A program made the translations under genes and the position numbers. The notes under the pieces are model-generated. The model was not told the DNA's origin and made no database searches. It was given only the letters and a program-made list of their open reading frames with translations. A DNA stretch of 62,506 bases, the filler included, from Porpidia crustulata (Eukaryota): the NCBI GenBank assembly GCA_964255105.1. It is 6 parts of 6 records of this genome, joined end to end, with 100 filler letters (N's around TTAATTAATTAA, not from the genome) between each part and the next. Parts side by side here need not be neighbours in the genome. Positions count along the whole stretch, not along the records: positions 10,453 to 20,796 come from CAXUWE010000787.1; positions 20,897 to 31,229 come from CAXUWE010000788.1; 4 more parts are not named here. One strand, 5' to 3'. Below, in pieces: positions 10,892-23,808 of the stretch. How positions within the stretch are numbered: position 1 is the stretch's first letter; every line of letters begins with the position of its first letter.

Positions 10892-13800
10892 GTTCGAGAA
10901 ACGCGACAGTGTGTTGATTGTAGGAAGTTCGCTACGGGCGATTGTGTAGTTTCGTGAAATTATCGAGAGAGGCCACGATGAGAAAAAGCCTCGAATGGTC
11001 AAGGAGCTAGGAAGACGGGAATAGCCGCATGAAGATTATCTTAGCGCCGATAGCTCCGAGTGTTGATTTTCCCCTTACGAGGAGATGATTGTCTTCTATC
11101 TACTCTCTTAGCACCTTACGAAAAGATGTTCAGCTTCTTAAAATGCATTCCCCTCGAAGACGCAGAGCATTTCAGGGAATCGAGGGGACTGGTCTAGTCA
11201 CTTGGCTGACCAACAGAGTAATCGACTTCGTACACAGATGATTCATTTTATGTACAAAGCCTTCTGATTAAATAACTTGATGATATCACATGGTCTTGTA
11301 TTTCCAACTGTCTACATTGGGATCCTTATGGGAAGCTTTTGGGACCCAAATCATCAATGTACTATTTTATGTCCCCATCATGATTCCAAGTCTCTCGCAG
11401 TTGGGAAATATGGGTATTTTCGCTACTTGTCAAGTACCATGGACAACTAAGGAACTAGACAAATACTGCAACCAAACTGCTTCTTCTATCTATAAATCTT
11501 GACTAGTGCAATAGACTTGTATTATGTTCTAATGTCGATTTGTGCACAATCTTTGTGCCGAGATTCGTCAAAGCTTTTGGCGAATAGGAATTCGAAAGCA
11601 AGGCATTGCGGCATAAAGTTTCGACGATCAGAGAGCCTAATGATGAACTACATGAATTGTTGACCACAGGTGTCATGATTGGATCAGAATGTTGGAACCG
11701 GATGGTACATCGAGGACGGTTAGACATACTATATATCCCGCTTCCGACAATTTTTTATTTGTTCGGAGTCATCTTCAGGCTAAATAGACACTTAAATTAT
11801 CAGCCATAACTATTCTAGAGGACCTGGAGATGACGCTTACCAAATAAATCTAGCTGGTAAGAAGATTGGGACACTGGCCATATTCTTTTCTCCCAGCTAA
11901 TCCTTCGATCGAATCGAGCCAAGGCAATTCCTACTGAAGGGTAACCTCTAAGGCTCCTCAGCACGTCAGTGCTCCTTTCTGTGATATGATGAATGCGCTG
12001 AAACTCACCAGCTTAGGTGTTAGAGCCTTGGTCCGCATAGGTACCGCTTCGACAATCATTGTGAGGGAGCAGGCACCCTTGTTGAAGAACGGAGGATTCC
12101 CACGGATGCACCATTGTAGACCGACAGATACGTTGCTTTGGAGTAGGTTCGGACACGTAGATTGAGGACTCATGCGGCAGCATCATTTACACTGATGATG
12201 TTGGTGTCATTGTGCAATTTCGTTTCCAATGCAAATCTCCAGCTGCTCATCCACATATGACAAGCTCAGAAGTATGTATAACACTGCTGCTGCAGCGGCG
12301 CCGCATCTAGTCCACATGATTCGTGTGGTAGGAGAGACACAGAGGAGGAACAGTCCTAATCACAGATGCCTTTTAAGCTATAAGGTGTCGATGGTAGAGG
12401 ATAACCAAAAGGTCAGCTAATATTCCGTCAGACCGCAATGCACTAAGTGTCCACATGTACCATACTGATATGAATCAATCTGACACCATCGTGATGATGT
12501 CTTCATCTGTTTCTTAGCCGCCCTACCGTCGAGAGCCGAAGAATCTGATAGACAGACGCACAACATGGATTTGTGGTTTGTGAGGCCACGATAGCACGGC
12601 CTATTCACCCATGCTCATAACATTTTGCATACCAGAGCCTGTAAGACTTTAGATACGAGATCCTAGTGTTTGATCATATGACTTGAGCTGTGCAAGCAAG
12701 CACGAAACTGGGAGTCTGTATGCGAGCCAGAGACTGAATGTGAAGCAAGCCTTCGATATCAAATATGGGCGAGTGATCCCAGTACAAAGCGGCTCAATGG
12801 ACAACGAAGGATGCTAAACAGTAGATCAGGACCACCAACACCAGTGACAACCATGTATAGGAAAGACGAAGAGCGCAGGATTCGGGACGACCATAGGGAT
12901 GGATTTGGAAGGCTCACCGCACCCGCATTGCCTGGCAGCCAAGTGTACCGCCCATGATAAAGTAGACCCGCACGCGCAGGTGCATGGAGTTCATGGTAGA
13001 TCTATTGTCGAGTGTGCACTGGGATAAAGCCATTTCGTCCTTTCTTGCCGTAGCAACATTGCAGCCTGGTATGCGACGATATGCCGGCTGCTCGATCCGA
13101 ACAGGAGTGGAAACGTCGAGTGCTGAAGCCACCGGGGCTAAGACAGATGACAGACTCATCGTGCAGCTGGCCAGATGAAGGCTTATGTGTGTGTGGGACG
13201 ATAGCGGCATTTGAGTCGCTTTTGATGTGGTTGAATAAGCCACGCCCCACTCTTTTATGATCATGGTCAATTGAAGGCGGCTTGTATGTACAGCTACAGC
13301 AATGTGGCTCCTTGGATGGACGGGCTATAGCCTGTTTGATCTCAGGTAGCTTTGATGGAGAGCGGGACATGAATACGATGCAGATGGGGAGATAGGAACG
13401 ACACAAGGGAGTGATCGACACAAGGGAGTACCACGAGTGCGGACCACAATGACGCCCGATGGTTCATCATCGAGACTATTAGGCAACAGTAGGCGTCTGA
13501 GCAGCGTTAGTCAGGCTGCAGGAGTTCAGGATTAAACAAATGTCGTTTCGAGCCAAACTTGATCGTTGTAGAATCCTGCATAAGGAGGTAACCCGTAACA
13601 GTTTCACGTCAAAGAAAGACTTGAAATGACGAGGGTGGTGTGTACCAGGTCTGATGGCACTGACACCGTTGATTCGGATGTGTCTGATAAGGCAATACTT
13701 CGATCGCATAATGACTGCTCAAATGAACGACATATTTGGAGCGGATATAACCTCGACCTCGCTTGTGGCGATAACGAACTGACGAGGCCAAGAATTAAGA

Positions 13801-16688
13801 AAGAGAGGTACATCATACATGGACTTCAGTTCATTTGCAGTGACCAGATGCTTCTTCTGACATTTGTGGTTCAGGCTGATCTATCTCGTGCAGGCGAACA
13901 GAATTGACTGGGACCAAGCCCTACTCATTTACGAACAGATGTTCCGGACAACCATATACCATGGCCCTCGTCTTAATCATCAAGCACGCTCGTACCACAT
14001 GTTCTTGGTCATTGTCAAGACGTACTGTAGACGATTATCCAGTAGTTTAGAGATCGAATCATAAAAGGTCTGTATAACAGTGCCCAAGCCGGCGGCATCT
14101 CAAGAGAAGAACTTGCTTGGATTTTGTTCAAGAGGACTTAGTTGCCCCAGGCTTCTTTCGAGCCGTGGTGCGGTCGGTCCTGGGGCGATACGATTGATGA
14201 AGCTCGCTTCGTGTTTCGACTCTCATTTTCATAGCGCATACTATCTATCTCTGGGACTGCGAAATTGTTCCGTTCGTGGTAAATGGTGGTCTAGTCGTAG
14301 AAACAACAAGGATGAGGAGAAAATCTTAGAGCTGTGAAGTAAATTCCGAGAGGTGGCGCGTCTGAAATAAGGGAACCCCGACATGACGATAATGTTGCCC
14401 ATGCAATTGCAACACCCGAGCGGCTAGTCATCACGCCATGACATTCGGAATGCTCGCGCAGACTGTCGAACATTTTCCCCGGAATACCCTTGGGACCACA
14501 CCGGCATTATGCAGCTCGCCCTCCTACACAAGCGTCAGGTCTGCGTTGCATTGCAATACTGTTGCAAATACCAATACGCGTGGTGCATAGTTGGACGCTG
14601 GAGATAGGGCGAAAGTATCGAGGACTTTACTGAGCTAGTGAGTCGTCAGGAGTATCAGACGCATTTCCATCCGCCGAGGCCCTCCGCATAACCATGATAC
14701 AGCGCAAGTATTCTGATGACAATCGGTCGATTGATGGCGGCCCGGATCTCGTGTCGTCCCAGATAATGGTTCCCTATAAAGGCCGAGAAGCCGCTTCTTT
14801 CTACTATGTACCAGCTTGCAAGCCTAATATCATCTCTGAGCCGTTGTCGACTCCCAACGTACCTGAAAGACCCTTAGCCTAGTTGACTTGCGGAGAAGAT
14901 TCGTGACCTTCCTATCCAAGCCTTCTGAACAACTTCAGGACAATGTCGACACCAGGCGCAGATGCTGGACCTTATACGAGATTACAAACCTCAGAGGGAG
15001 CCAAAATCAACGATGGAAGTTTGAGCAACGCAGATAAGGAGAAAGCCTCAATGGTAAGTCTTCTGCATCATTGCTGTCGAGTCTGACAATCTTAGCTCAG
15101 GTCAGTCTTCATGATGATCTTAATTGGAAAATATGGGCTAAATATCGAATCAGTACAAACAGCCTTATGAAGGTGGCCAGAAAGAGACGTGTCCCAAAAA
15201 TAGAAGCCTAAAGGGATCTCAACTGACATCCTATACTTCCATTCGATCCTCTCACGATCAGCGCACAGGTGACCAGTACTACAGCCCCATTCAAGCATGG
15301 AGAGAACAAACTTATGAGGAGGAGCCTTGGAACGGCATGATACACAGTCAGAAGAAGGAGAAGGAGCGTGTCCATCACCACAACGGGTCTCTTTGAAAGA
15401 TTAAAACGGTGGCTTGATCCGTTGGTGGGCATTCTATGATTCTGCATTTCTTGCTGTTAATGATCCTGCCGCCGCGCACACATGTATGCTATTGAGTGGT
15501 ACTTTCTTGTCTGGGCGACGCGAATCAGGATTCATGCTTGCGGATTATCGATTTCTTCGTTACAGTGATCTTTATTCCAGCGGGTGTAGAGTATCGAAGC
15601 GATCAAGCGCTAAACAAAACCAAGGGTCTTCATAGTCGATAGACATAAGATGTACACGTGAAACGCGGCATAACGGTCTTACGAATTAGCATAGAAGATG
15701 AACGAGAACGTTTCACTCTCTACTACTTACAGAAGCTTTTTCAGCCCACCACAATGATGAAGAGCAAGGCGCCTGTCAAGAGGTCATGCGTGAACAGTTT
15801 GAATAGACTTGCCTAAAAGGCCTAACAGGGCTGGCCTGAGATAGAACATTATTGACAGGTATCTATTAGCAAACAACCCCAGCTCAGAGCTCGTTCTAAT
15901 ACCCTTGAGGAAATCAGGACTGCGGTCCACGACTGCGGAAGCTAGAAAGCTTATCCTTACAATCACAGTATGCTCAAGAACATAGATGATCGACAGAGGT
16001 TGGAACGCAGAGATGCTGAGTGTGAGGGAGAATTTCATGTTTGTTTACACTTGGTCATAGCGCATCCCTGTCAGCCCTACCACCTCACGAAAGATGAATC
16101 ACATATGGAAGTTTCCGAATCTCCTTCGACCAATCTCAATCCGCCCGGGACCCGTGGCTTTTCCCTTTTAATCTCTTTGTCTCAGTTTGGCCTAAACGCT
16201 AGATCCAAAACAGAGACCAAGAATGGCCATGACATGGGCTGTCATCTTGATTTTCTCCCTTCTAGTTCTTCTCTGTGGCCGCTATTTAGAATTTAGCTGG
16301 GTGTTGTCTTTGATAGCGTGTTTTGATTCTCTCCTAACATCCTCAATCTATGCTATAATCATGAGATTTACATCTTCGCGAGCTTGCAATGCGCTTGCGC
16401 AGCTCTGCTGTTGACTATTTGAAGGTCAATTGAACTTCACAAGCAAGACTTGAGCCAATTATTCATTTGCTTCCGAATTCCAATTATCGAGAATCCTCAG
16501 CCCTTCTAAGCTTGTCTGTGCTCCTTGCCTTCTTCATTAGCGAACGAACATTCGCCTTGTCACCCATCAACCCCTAAGGACACAACCAGTCCTAGACTTG
16601 TACATCACAGAATTTAGATATATTACCATTTTCCAAGAATCCGAGATCTTCGCAACAACTTCCTACTAAACATCCAGGCAAATGCAAC

Positions 16689-19046
16689 ATGGACACAATC
16701 ACAATTCCCATCCCCTCGAATAGAGGGCCATCTTCTCGTAAAGGCGCCCAGCTTCCACCCATTCAAACCTCTTTTGCTGTGAGCCCTACTCAAAGGATTC
16801 GACCTCCGAATGATGGCGATGTTATCCCTTCCGAACCATTCCCTAAACTTCTCAACGTTGACGAGAAACCCCTTGCACTGAGGCATCAGGATTCAAAAGG
16901 TGGACTACTTGCGTTGTTCAGGCGAATGAAAATGGCAAAGAACGGAAATATACTTGAGGATCCCAATACGTCAGTTGAAGGAACTACAAACATACCTACA
17001 CCTCCATCGAAAGAAACTCAATTGGTACATGATAGTGCAAGACTGTCTTTAACCCAAGAAACCACAGCAACAGTATCTCGGCCAAGGACGCTGCAAAGAC
17101 AACCCTCCAAACCGGTAGCTAAATCCAAGTCTATTAAAAGAGAACTCAACATTAGAACACCGACTACATGGGATCCACCGCCACTGTTCCAAGCTTATCC
17201 ACAGGCAATTAAATATGCAAGCTTGCGGGCGCCTACGATATCTACAAATACTATACTTCGTGCCAGCAGTGATCCCAAAGATATTGATGAGCGGCAGAAT
17301 GAGATTCAGAGCACAGCAGACTCTGAGCCTATCAAGGCCAATATCAACTGGGGTAAACGGAAGGGCTACCCGAGAAGAAAGTCGAAACACAACTCAACAC
17401 AACCTATTCCGGAAGCTGATTGGGTCCATAAGCTTTATATCCTCGTCACATCCGGCTATTTTCTGCAATACGCTGGAGAGGGGAGTTTCGATAGATTACC
17501 GGAGAAAATTATGGCATTAAGCAAGGACTCTGCGGCTTTTGCGAGTGATGCGATCTCAGGCGAGCATTGGGTCTTACAGGTATCCCAGTCTTCCGACGTT
17601 GACGGGTTGAAGGGTAACAAAGACCCGGGGTCGATTATGAAAAAAATAGGATTCCTACGTGATTCTAGGCGCTCCACATCGAGTTTCCTGCTGACACTTG
17701 ATAGTCCCGAAGATTTGGATTCGTGGTTGAAGGTTGTGAGGGGGGAGATCGAGTCGATGGGTGGAAAGAAGTATTGTCCCAATGAAGGAGCTCCTGCTGA
17801 AGGCGCTTTTAGAGGAGAGCATGAAAAGCTAAGCCATCGATATTCTATCCGGAGTCCTGGTCCAAGCTTTAGAGCCGTCAATAGAGATGGTAAGGGTCCG
17901 AAATCGATCACCCACCTGCCTCCAATAAGTGCTGCCCGGAGGGGTTCTGCGATCAGTCAAATATCGGCGGATTCGCCAGCTGTTTCGAACAGGACAATAT
18001 CTAGTAATCAGAGATCCCTCGATCAATTAAGGACCAGCCGCAGGATGTCTTATGCATCGACCGGAGCGAAAACCTTGTCAACTTCGCGTGGATCATCGCC
18101 TGGACCATCGCCCAGTTCAGCGTCGGCCAAACCAGATTTTCCTTTTCATGACCACAGGCCAAACCTTGATGAGAGAAATATACCAGTACGCAAAGTACCG
18201 CAGGCCCGGCGAGCTCTCGCGCAGAACAGCAGTCGAAAGTCATCCGATCCCAGCTCAGCATCCAGGTCAACTTCGCGCTCAGCTTCTCAGTCGCCGCGGC
18301 CACTTTCCACATCTAGATCACATTCGGGCCATACCACGCCAGCAGCAGCACCGAACTTTAGTGTTCCCACTTTCTCCAAACGTAACTCGATGGTCAATAG
18401 GGTCCCACTTTCATCAACAAGTGAGGATATCAGATCCCCAATGGGCGATGCCGGGGCACCCATTATTTTAAGCAGCCCAGAAAAGGACCCCTGCGTGGAA
18501 TCCGGTGAAAGTGTATTTTCTCTACCTCCATCAAAGTCCCTCGAAGTTTCCTCGCCAAAAAAGAAAAGCCGTCCTCTCCCCCGCCGTCTTTCTTCTCTTC
18601 AATACTCGCGCGGTATTGCACCACACCATCTACCTGCCAATCAGCTATTATCGCCTCATCCGCCACCAAGCAATGCCTTATCAGCCGTACCTGGATATGT
18701 CTCTGCGGCAGATGAAAAGGATACTATTGGTACCATGTCGCAAAAACGCTCACTCCGCCGCCCCTTGAGTATGCATGTGAGGACTGATCCAATAGCACGG
18801 ATTAACCACCATCAAGTTCGGAGTATGGCAGGAAACAAGCCGGGAAACGATGATAGTCCGGAAACATTATCGGAGACCCACGCCGAGCCACCTTGCGGTA
18901 TTACAGACTTGCCTCGACATCGATCAAAAATGCTCAATCGCCGAAGCGTGCCAGATTTGGAAATGTCAATACATTCTATGGATTCCCTTCCGCCTTTACC
19001 AAATGTTCCCTATAATCTGCGAATAACGCTGACCAATGGTGATTGA
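16689..19046 (+). CDS. Fungal PH-domain-containing, Ser/Pro-rich protein (785 aa)
   Basis: WDPPPLFQAYPQAIKYASL block, then PH-like segment WVHKLYILVTSGYFLQYAGEGSFDRLPEK..HWVLQV..LDSWLKVVRGEIE; the remainder is low complexity. Confidence 0.75.
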   Translation: MDTITIPIPSNRGPSSRKGAQLPPIQTSFAVSPTQRIRPPNDGDVIPSEPFPKLLNVDEKPLALRHQDSKGGLLALFRRMKMAKNGNILEDPNTSVEGTTNIPTPPSKETQLVHDSARLSLTQETTATVSRPRTLQRQPSKPVAKSKSIKRELNIRTPTTWDPPPLFQAYPQAIKYASLRAPTISTNTILRASSDPKDIDERQNEIQSTADSEPIKANINWGKRKGYPRRKSKHNSTQPIPEADWVHKLYILVTSGYFLQYAGEGSFDRLPEKIMALSKDSAAFASDAISGEHWVLQVSQSSDVDGLKGNKDPGSIMKKIGFLRDSRRSTSSFLLTLDSPEDLDSWLKVVRGEIESMGGKKYCPNEGAPAEGAFRGEHEKLSHRYSIRSPGPSFRAVNRDGKGPKSITHLPPISAARRGSAISQISADSPAVSNRTISSNQRSLDQLRTSRRMSYASTGAKTLSTSRGSSPGPSPSSASAKPDFPFHDHRPNLDERNIPVRKVPQARRALAQNSSRKSSDPSSASRSTSRSASQSPRPLSTSRSHSGHTTPAAAPNFSVPTFSKRNSMVNRVPLSSTSEDIRSPMGDAGAPIILSSPEKDPCVESGESVFSLPPSKSLEVSSPKKKSRPLPRRLSSLQYSRGIAPHHLPANQLLSPHPPPSNALSAVPGYVSAADEKDTIGTMSQKRSLRRPLSMHVRTDPIARINHHQVRSMAGNKPGNDDSPETLSETHAEPPCGITDLPRHRSKMLNRRSVPDLEMSIHSMDSLPPLPNVPYNLRITLTNGD

Positions 19047-19634
19047 AGTCGGAGACTCCTTCTATACTTAAAGACTATACTCTCTGGTCTTGGACAATGC
19101 TCTATGAAGCCGTAAAATCACATATATCGTCTACCGATATCCCTATATTCCTTGCCATCTTTAGTAATTAATACCCCTTTGAGCATATCTTGGAAGTCTG
19201 TCTTGACCTTTCAATTCCCAAATCCTCAGTATAACATTGTGATATGAGAGTGACTTATACCTAGTTAGGTGAACAGTACACAGGATCGTCGGCAGTATAT
19301 TACATGTTTTGAACACAATCTTCTACGAACTTCGTTGTGCCGCGGAATGTGACGGAGCCTGATCCACTTCATACACTGCGAATCATACAGTTGAAACGTG
19401 TTGGAGTTATTTCCTCCTGCATCGTGAACTTCATGTTTGGTTTGCCATGACATTTGAGATTGAGCGATCGATTGGAGAGCTTTATAGTAAACCACTCAGC
19501 GGAGTAGATTCCGCCCTACGCGGAACGCCCCACCACTCCCACCTGTAGAGTCACGTCCCTCACATCGTCTATGTACTATTCCCAGAAAGCTGCCCCAGTG
19601 CTCTGTGGTTGGCGCCTTCGCTCCTTAAACCGCC

Positions 19635-20770
19635 ATGCCTGATCTAAATTCTTTACCACCCTCCAGTGTATCTCCTGGAACCTCCCTACCAACTCGACAC
19701 AATAACAATCCAGACATTCACCCGCGACCCACCGGCTCGCCCTCCCCCAGATCCTCCTCCGTATCTCTTGCGGCAGCAGCTACTATCAATGCTGGAATAC
19801 AGAACCAAGACTCGCGCCACTCCTCCACGACGTCAAGTCGCAGCCGCCCCTCTCCTCAAGTTGGGAGGAGTGAACGTCGAAGATCTAATGTGGCCATGAA
19901 CCTCAATCTCAACGACCCCACCATTCCCGGGCCTGGGGAACTGCAGAGTAGTGATCGCCGCTCATCTTTCAACCACCCTTTTCACACCTCTAGCCCTCAT
20001 GGTATTGGCTCCCCCATTACCGCACACCATCAACGCACGCCAAGCTTAGGCGAAATACACCAGGAGTTGGAGCAGGAACAGGAAGCCCAAGTGGTACGAT
20101 ATAGCATTGGCGTTCTAGACGATCGAGCCATCGAAGCTAATGTGTATGATCGTCAGAATCGTCTCCTGGAGATGATTCGCCAACAGCAAGCTCAATTACA
20201 GCAAATCCAACAACAGGCAGGGTTCACTCCATCGACCAGTACCGGTGCCGTTGACGACTCAACACCTACTTCTGAACGTTCCTTTTCTTTTCCCAACATC
20301 CCAGGCAACCTTCCCATGACAGTCTCCAACCCTCGCCCTCGTTCACCTGTGGCTCGGAGCTCTATGGAATTGTCCCGTCAGTCTTCTCGTCGATCGAGGA
20401 CTCCCAGTCACGCAGGATCTCCAGCTCTGCGGCCTCTTTCCGCTGGTCTGCAAGCTCATGCCGATGATTGGCTCCTATCCGGAGGGAATCAGGGCAGCAG
20501 AGATGAGAGTGCTTTCTACCAGGCCGAAACCCAGATGTTGACCAGGGAAAACCAAATGCTCAGGTTGAGGATTCGAGAGCTTGGTAAAATTCTCATCTCT
20601 GTTTCATAATTATGTATTGACAGTAGGTAGAACGGCAAACAAACGAAGGTAGCTCGGCGACTGCAAATACTCCTGCCATGCCGTCGACATTGACGAGCCC
20701 TCCAATAGACGCAGGTTCTAGTCAGCCAAGTCCTGCGGTTCAAGCCGTAGAAACCGAAGACAAGGAATAA
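19635..20770 (+). CDS. Conserved fungal hypothetical protein with short coiled coils, 3 exons (19635-20093, 20157-20583, 20631-20770)
   Basis: Motifs RTPSLGEIHQELEQEQEAQV|NRLLEMIR and DESAFYQAETQMLTRENQMLRLRIRELE; two GT-AG introns restore the continuous motifs. Confidence 0.75.
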
Positions 20771-20796
20771 TGGGACTACGACCCTATGCACGATAC

Positions 20797-20896
20797 NNNN
20801 NNNNNNNNNNNNNNNNNNNNNNNNNNNNNNNNNNNNNNNNTTAATTAATTAANNNNNNNNNNNNNNNNNNNNNNNNNNNNNNNNNNNNNNNNNNNN
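20797..20896. other. Artificial contig linker
   Basis: 44N-TTAATTAATTAA-44N. Confidence 0.98.
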
Positions 20897-21922
20897 GTTG
20901 CCATCCGAGGCGTGCGTGGTTAGGGATTCCTGGATGTCGGCGTGGGAGCGGTAGTATTTTGTCAGGGGACGGCCTGGTTAGTGGGTTAGTCTGTGTGCAC
21001 ACGGTTGGGGGGGGAGAGGGGGGAAAGGGGACGGACCGTAGAAGGATTCAAGGATGGCGATAGCGCCGTTGATGGTGGCCCATTCGCCGCAGACGTATGT
21101 GGTCGGTTCCTGGGAGCGCGAGGGGTCAGCTGAGAGTTTCTCGGAGGACTCGGAATTGTTTGAGACTTACCCATTCCGGCGCCTTGAGCAGCGCCACCAG
21201 GGCCTTGGCGGTGTCCCTACAGCTTGTCCAGCTGATCATCGCGTCATCGCCCGTACCCACGATGGATGCCTTCCACGCGCTACAGTCGATGGGGCAGCCG
21301 AGCGGGTCGAGGTTGAGGTACGTTTTGTCCTGCGGCAGGAAAAAGTCCATGAACCAGCCCATGTGGAACAGGGTCCATTCGATGCCGGCCGATTGGGAGG
21401 GGTCTCGAAGTAGCTGGCGAATGGGTTCGCGGGTTTGTCCGTAGTAGCGAGGCAGCAAGGGGTATTTTTCAATGTCGCCGACGAATTCGGAGGGGATAAA
21501 TCGTTTGCAGGCGGTGGAGCGCTGGCACGCGCGTAGGAATGCGGTTTCAATGTCGATATAGACGGGCTCGAGGCTGGGAATCAAGGATATTAGGGTGGTG
21601 GCTTTCGTAGCGTTGAGGATGGAGAGTACGGAATTATAAGTGTAGTCGCTTTGGTGAACGGCGATTTGGCGGTCTTCGGCCCATTTGTGTCTCTACTTTC
21701 AAAGCTGAATTAGTGCTATTTTTGAGATGGACGAAGAAAGGGATAATGAGGTATTTGGGACTGAAAAGGTGGTAGAAAGGGCAGTTGAAGATAATTAGGA
21801 ATTGGAGTAGATACCCCTCGAGAAAGTATGACAAAATCAAATTTGCTCTCAGCCAAAAGCTCCTCACAAACGTATTTTCCCAGACCGCCGACGCCTGCTA
21901 TTGCAATGATTTGAGAACTCAT
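20897..21922 (-). CDS. NmrA-like / isoflavone-reductase-like NAD(P)-binding protein, multi-exon, 3' truncated at contig edge
   Basis: Rossmann motif IAIAGVGGLGKYV; CKRFIPSEF, WTLFHMGWFMDFF and ISWTSCRDTAKALVALL; three GT-AG introns join in frame. Confidence 0.85.
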
Positions 21923-22780
21923 CTTGCTACGTTCAGAAAGTGTCCGAGTGGATTGTATAACCTTCTTGACATAATTAAACAGAGCTGTTTCTTCAATCAG
22001 GGGCTTTCTGTAGTCATCCAATACTTTCGCTCGATCATTTGGTATAGGTCGATTTACTTCCTCTGCTTCCAAGCGTATGCAGATATTTTTCCAGTGCCCA
22101 GTTGTGTAGGATGGTAACCTTCGATTCTTCGCAGGCGGACCACCGCGCTTTTCGGTCGACTTTTACGGCAATTTACCTTCCTACAGTTAGGAAGAATTAT
22201 CAAGTCTAAAAGGTAAACCTAGAGTGTGATATTCGAGATAAAGATAGTATAGTACCTTCGATATCAAAAGCCATACCTTTCACAAGTCTGGTGAAAGCGC
22301 CTTGCACGTTCATCAGGCATAGGGTTGTCTTAGCCGTTCGCTCCAGCTCGGCAGCACCACAGGCCTTCATTGTGCATATAGCGATCCAAAATGCACCAGA
22401 AGCGGCAGTAAGGCATTCAAAAATTCAGCCAAAGAAAGCCTATTCAGTGCCGCTCAAACCTAGTCTATGGGCGCACAGTGATCATACACCTCCCATACTG
22501 CTCGGTTCAGAGTTGACAACAACTCTAGCCCAGTTTTCAGAGATGGAAGAAAACATTGTACTATATCGCTCCGGAGCTTATTCCCGTGCAATTATACGCA
22601 CATTTCGTACTAGTAGATCTAAACTTCGCATTACTCAACGGCCGGATTGTCAATTGTTCCTGGCAACCCTCATCATTGTCCTTCGATGTGGAAGCCTGAA
22701 GCTATACTATCCATCTGTGAAATTCCTTCTTTTTCGCTCTCAAAACTCCTCCTAGGTCACACCAAACTTAGACTCTTGCC

Positions 22781-23808
22781 ATGTCTGGTACACCGGTAAA
22801 AGGAAGGGCATTCACCCTCAATAACACAGTCCCACCCAAGGACGAAAAAGTTTTGTCTCTCTTTTCGTGCAGAGGCAAAACAGCAATCGTGACTGGTGCT
22901 GCCGATGGAATCGGTTTGACGGTCGCTCATGCCCTTGCAGAAGCGGGCGCCAATGTTGCAATATGGTACAATAGCAACAAGAAAGCTATAGATCGTGCCA
23001 GTGAAATTGAAGAGGAGTATGGTATCAAATGTGCGTCGTAGCTGTGAGGTCCTGAAGCACTGGAACTCTGATACTACGATTTAGGCAAGGCCTATCATGT
23101 CGATGTAACTAAGGAAAACCAGGTCATGGAGTCTGTCGACACTGCTGTGGACGACTTCAATGGCAGACTTGATATATTTGTTGCCAATGCCGGTACGTTC
23201 CCGGACGGAGGTGGTATAGTTGACATAGATATCGAAAGCTATCGCAAATGTATGGCCACCAATCTTGACAGCACCATCTACTGCGCCAGAGCCGCCGGAA
23301 AGCACTTCAGGCGTCAGAAGATTGAGAACAGGCTTGAAGGGTTTACATATGGAAAATTTGTTACTACAGCTAGCATAGCCGGCGGAAACTTTATGGAGCT
23401 ACCGGACACGGTGGCATCGTATGCTATCGCAAAAGCCGGGGTTATTCAGCTCTGTATATGGCAATCAGCCTCTCATGACTGTTGAAATCGCTTGCTCACA
23501 TCTCCGGTAGGCAAATCCCTGGCGGTGGAATGGATACAATTCGCCCGTGTGAACAGCGTCTCTCCTGGCACCTTCACAACTCCAATTGTGGAATCGTTCC
23601 CAGAGGAGACAAGGAGTGAGTCATGTCACTGGAATCCGGCGAGGACGATCGCTAAAGTATAACAGATATTTATAGAGCTGGTTGCCCCATGGGCCGCGAA
23701 GGTGCACCGCATGAGCTCAAAGGAATCTACATGTACCTTTGCTCGGATGCTTCCTCATTCACCACAGGGTCGAATTTTATCGTCGATGGGGGTTCGGCTG
23801 TGATCTGA
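22781..23808 (+). CDS. Short-chain dehydrogenase/reductase of the fungal L-xylulose/sorbose/mannitol reductase group, 4 exons
   Basis: [16 protein letters not shown], catalytic [43 protein letters not shown]. Introns at 23031-23084, 23454-23510 and about 23616-23665. Confidence 0.9.

Noticed and set aside
22291..22755. 154-aa ORF upstream of the SDR gene
   Set aside because: GTG start, no motif, lies in the divergent promoter; likely spurious.
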